Of a stretch of 64,000 nt of DNA, positions 62,080-64,000 are shown in pieces; the first letter of the stretch is position 1, and each line of letters opens with the position of its first letter. The notes below the pieces were generated by a model. The model worked only from the letters and a program-made list of their open reading frames with translations. It did not search any database and was not told the DNA's origin. The stretch is from Mobula hypostoma. Taxonomy: Eukaryota. The position numbers and the translations under genes were made by a program. The stretch lies in the NCBI RefSeq assembly GCF_963921235.1, contig NC_086097.1:243848001-243912000 (forward strand). The letters run 5' to 3'.

Positions 62080-62620
62080 CAAGCTCCCACAACTTATTAA
62101 ATAGTGTGAGTCTCAAATAGACTCTGATACCCAAGTCCAGCTCCTGGCCTTCACGTGTGGCTTAGCTACTAAGCCCGGTGGAACTGTTTATACTGACAGG
62201 AGATGGGCAAAGATGGGCTACTGGCACCTGAAAGCCAGATGCTTCGGCCAGATGGGGCTCATCAGATGTGGTTGGCAGCTCATGGAGAAGAAGTAAAACT
62301 CTGATCTCAAACCTCCGCTGCCCTGTGACTAAACCCACTCATGGGAAAGGCTTCAGACATAAACCCCGAGGAAAAATCCAGAACTGGTGTCTCTAAGACA
62401 TTACAAACTGAGTTCAATGCTGACTGGCAACTCCTGCGACACCACTGGTGCCAAACAGTATCGGTCTCTGCCGTTCCTTTGGATTCGTTGGCTATGCGCA
62501 GAGGAGAAGCCTACTGCATGGTAGCAGTCTGCGTATCGTACTACCCTGGTTTGCGTACTGACTTGGATAGATAGCTAGAATGCGACATCCATAGTCAACC
62601 CTGATCAATGGAGGGGCGAC
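62080..62620 (+). mobile_element. RTE-derived non-autonomous element with an HDV-like core at 62141-62202
   Basis: Sense copy of the 58087-58674 family. Confidence 0.65.
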
Positions 62621-62854
62621 AAAAGCAATAACAAACAGCAGATGTACATTGCTGCAGATGGATCATTGTGGGAAGATAGAGCAGATGATCGTCATAACGA
62701 TCAATGAAGATGATAAGGAATTATAAAATGTCAGGTGACAAACAATCTTGAATCGTGACCGTGCAGGAGAGGTAGGGTGTAGCTAGAAAGACCAAAACTG
62801 GAATAATAAGAAATCTGCCCTGGCTTTTTGATCATTGATTTCTTGAACTAAGAA

Positions 62855-63300
62855 ATGCCCTCTCCCCGTCACTTCACCATTCTCCATTCCCTTTTCCCTC
62901 TCTCACCTTAACTCCTTACCTGCCCATCACCTCCCTCTGGTGCTCCTCCCCCTTCCCTTTCTTCCATGGCTTTCTGTCCTCTCTTATTAGATTCCCCCTT
63001 TTCCAGCCATTTATCTCTTTCACCAATTGACTTCCCAGCTCTTTACTTCACCCTCTCCCCCTCTCCTGGATTCACCTATCACCTTGTACTTCTTCCTCCC
63101 CTCCCGTGCCTTCTTAAACTGACTGCTTATCTCTTTCTTCTAGTCCTCATGAAGGGTCTCGGCCTGAAACGTTGACTGTTTGCTCTTTTCCATAGATGCT
63201 GCCTGGCCTGCTGGAGATCAGGCAGCATCCATGGAGAGGAATATCAGGACCAGTTCAGTTCCTCCAGCATTTTGTGTGTGTTGCTCTGGATTTCACGACT
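62855..63300 (+). mobile_element. Penelope-derived repeat with a degenerate hammerhead (63141-63178); antisense copy at 63325-63466
   Basis: Pyrimidine tract, gaagggtctcggcctgaaacgttgactg, agatgctgcctggcctgctg. Confidence 0.75.
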
Positions 63301-63687
63301 GCTGGCTATCTCAGCGAGAGTCCTTATAACAAGCAAGAGAAAATCTGCAGCTGCTGCAAATCAAAGTCATAAACATAAAATGCTGGAGAAACTCAGCCGG
63401 CCAGGCAACATCTATGAAAAAGATTAAACAGTCGATATTTCAGGCCAAGACCCTCCATCAGAATTGCTTGTTTTGTGAAACTAAGAATCCTGTGAATGGG
63501 TAAAATAAAAATTGGATTAATTGTTGGAGAGAATAAAAAAGGTCCAACACAGAGATGAGTTAGCAACGTGATTATGAGAGGAATGATCCCACAAAGAGAG
63601 AGGGCTCTTGAAAATACTGATGAATTTTGGATTAAGGAGATGTAGTTATAAAAGCAGCCAGGGATCAGGAGTAGGATCCACTGGAAA

Positions 63688-64000
63688 TACTGTGCTAAAG
63701 TCTTGGGTGCATTTAAAATATAGCTCAAATGCCTAAAACTTTTGCACGGTACTGTATTTGTCAACGTGGAGCCCAGAGCAAGTTTGTAAATCTGGCGGGA
63801 GCAAAGGATATTGGGAATGGCAATGGTGGAGTGCCATGGGGGGCGGGGGGTGGTTAGGACAGGTGGCAGACAAGGAGTGCTGGGGCGGTGAGGGGTCAGC
63901 ACAGGTGTAGACACACCCAGCCCTGAAACACCAAGTAAGGTCATTCGATTGCAAACTAAGTTTAGTAATCATTACAGAATGTCTCTCTGGTGCTTCCTGC
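63688..64000 (-). mobile_element. Composite MITE, partial (runs off the window)
   Basis: Antisense of 10450-10740 and 26660-26917. Confidence 0.7.

Overview
Eukaryotic, vertebrate, repeat-saturated DNA, most likely intronic or intergenic sequence from a cartilaginous fish such as a ray. The taxon is an inference from the mix of HE1/V-type tRNA SINEs, abundant CR1 LINEs, Rex1/Babar, RTE and Penelope relics. Nearly all long ORFs are retroelement remnants: CR1 ORF2 (EN/RT), Rex1-type RT, Gypsy RNaseH-integrase and Tc1 transposase. There is no complete host gene, only a candidate 79-nt coding exon at 2002-2080 (+). The most interesting signals are RNA-structural. (1) About 10 minimal type I hammerhead ribozyme motifs lie in Penelope-derived repeats. 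(2) HDV/CPEB3-like ribozyme folds lie at the 5' ends of two RTE-derived non-autonomous families. (3) An internally deleted Gypsy element has no tRNA primer-binding site but carries a 16-nt antisense match to its own LTR poly(A)-signal region. Other findings are a hAT-like element with a 6-bp TSD, a composite MITE that captured a LINE tail, solo LTRs with clean TSDs, a CR1-born 37-bp minisatellite and multi-level nested insertions. All coordinates and identities were read by eye, and boundaries of old repeats are approximate.
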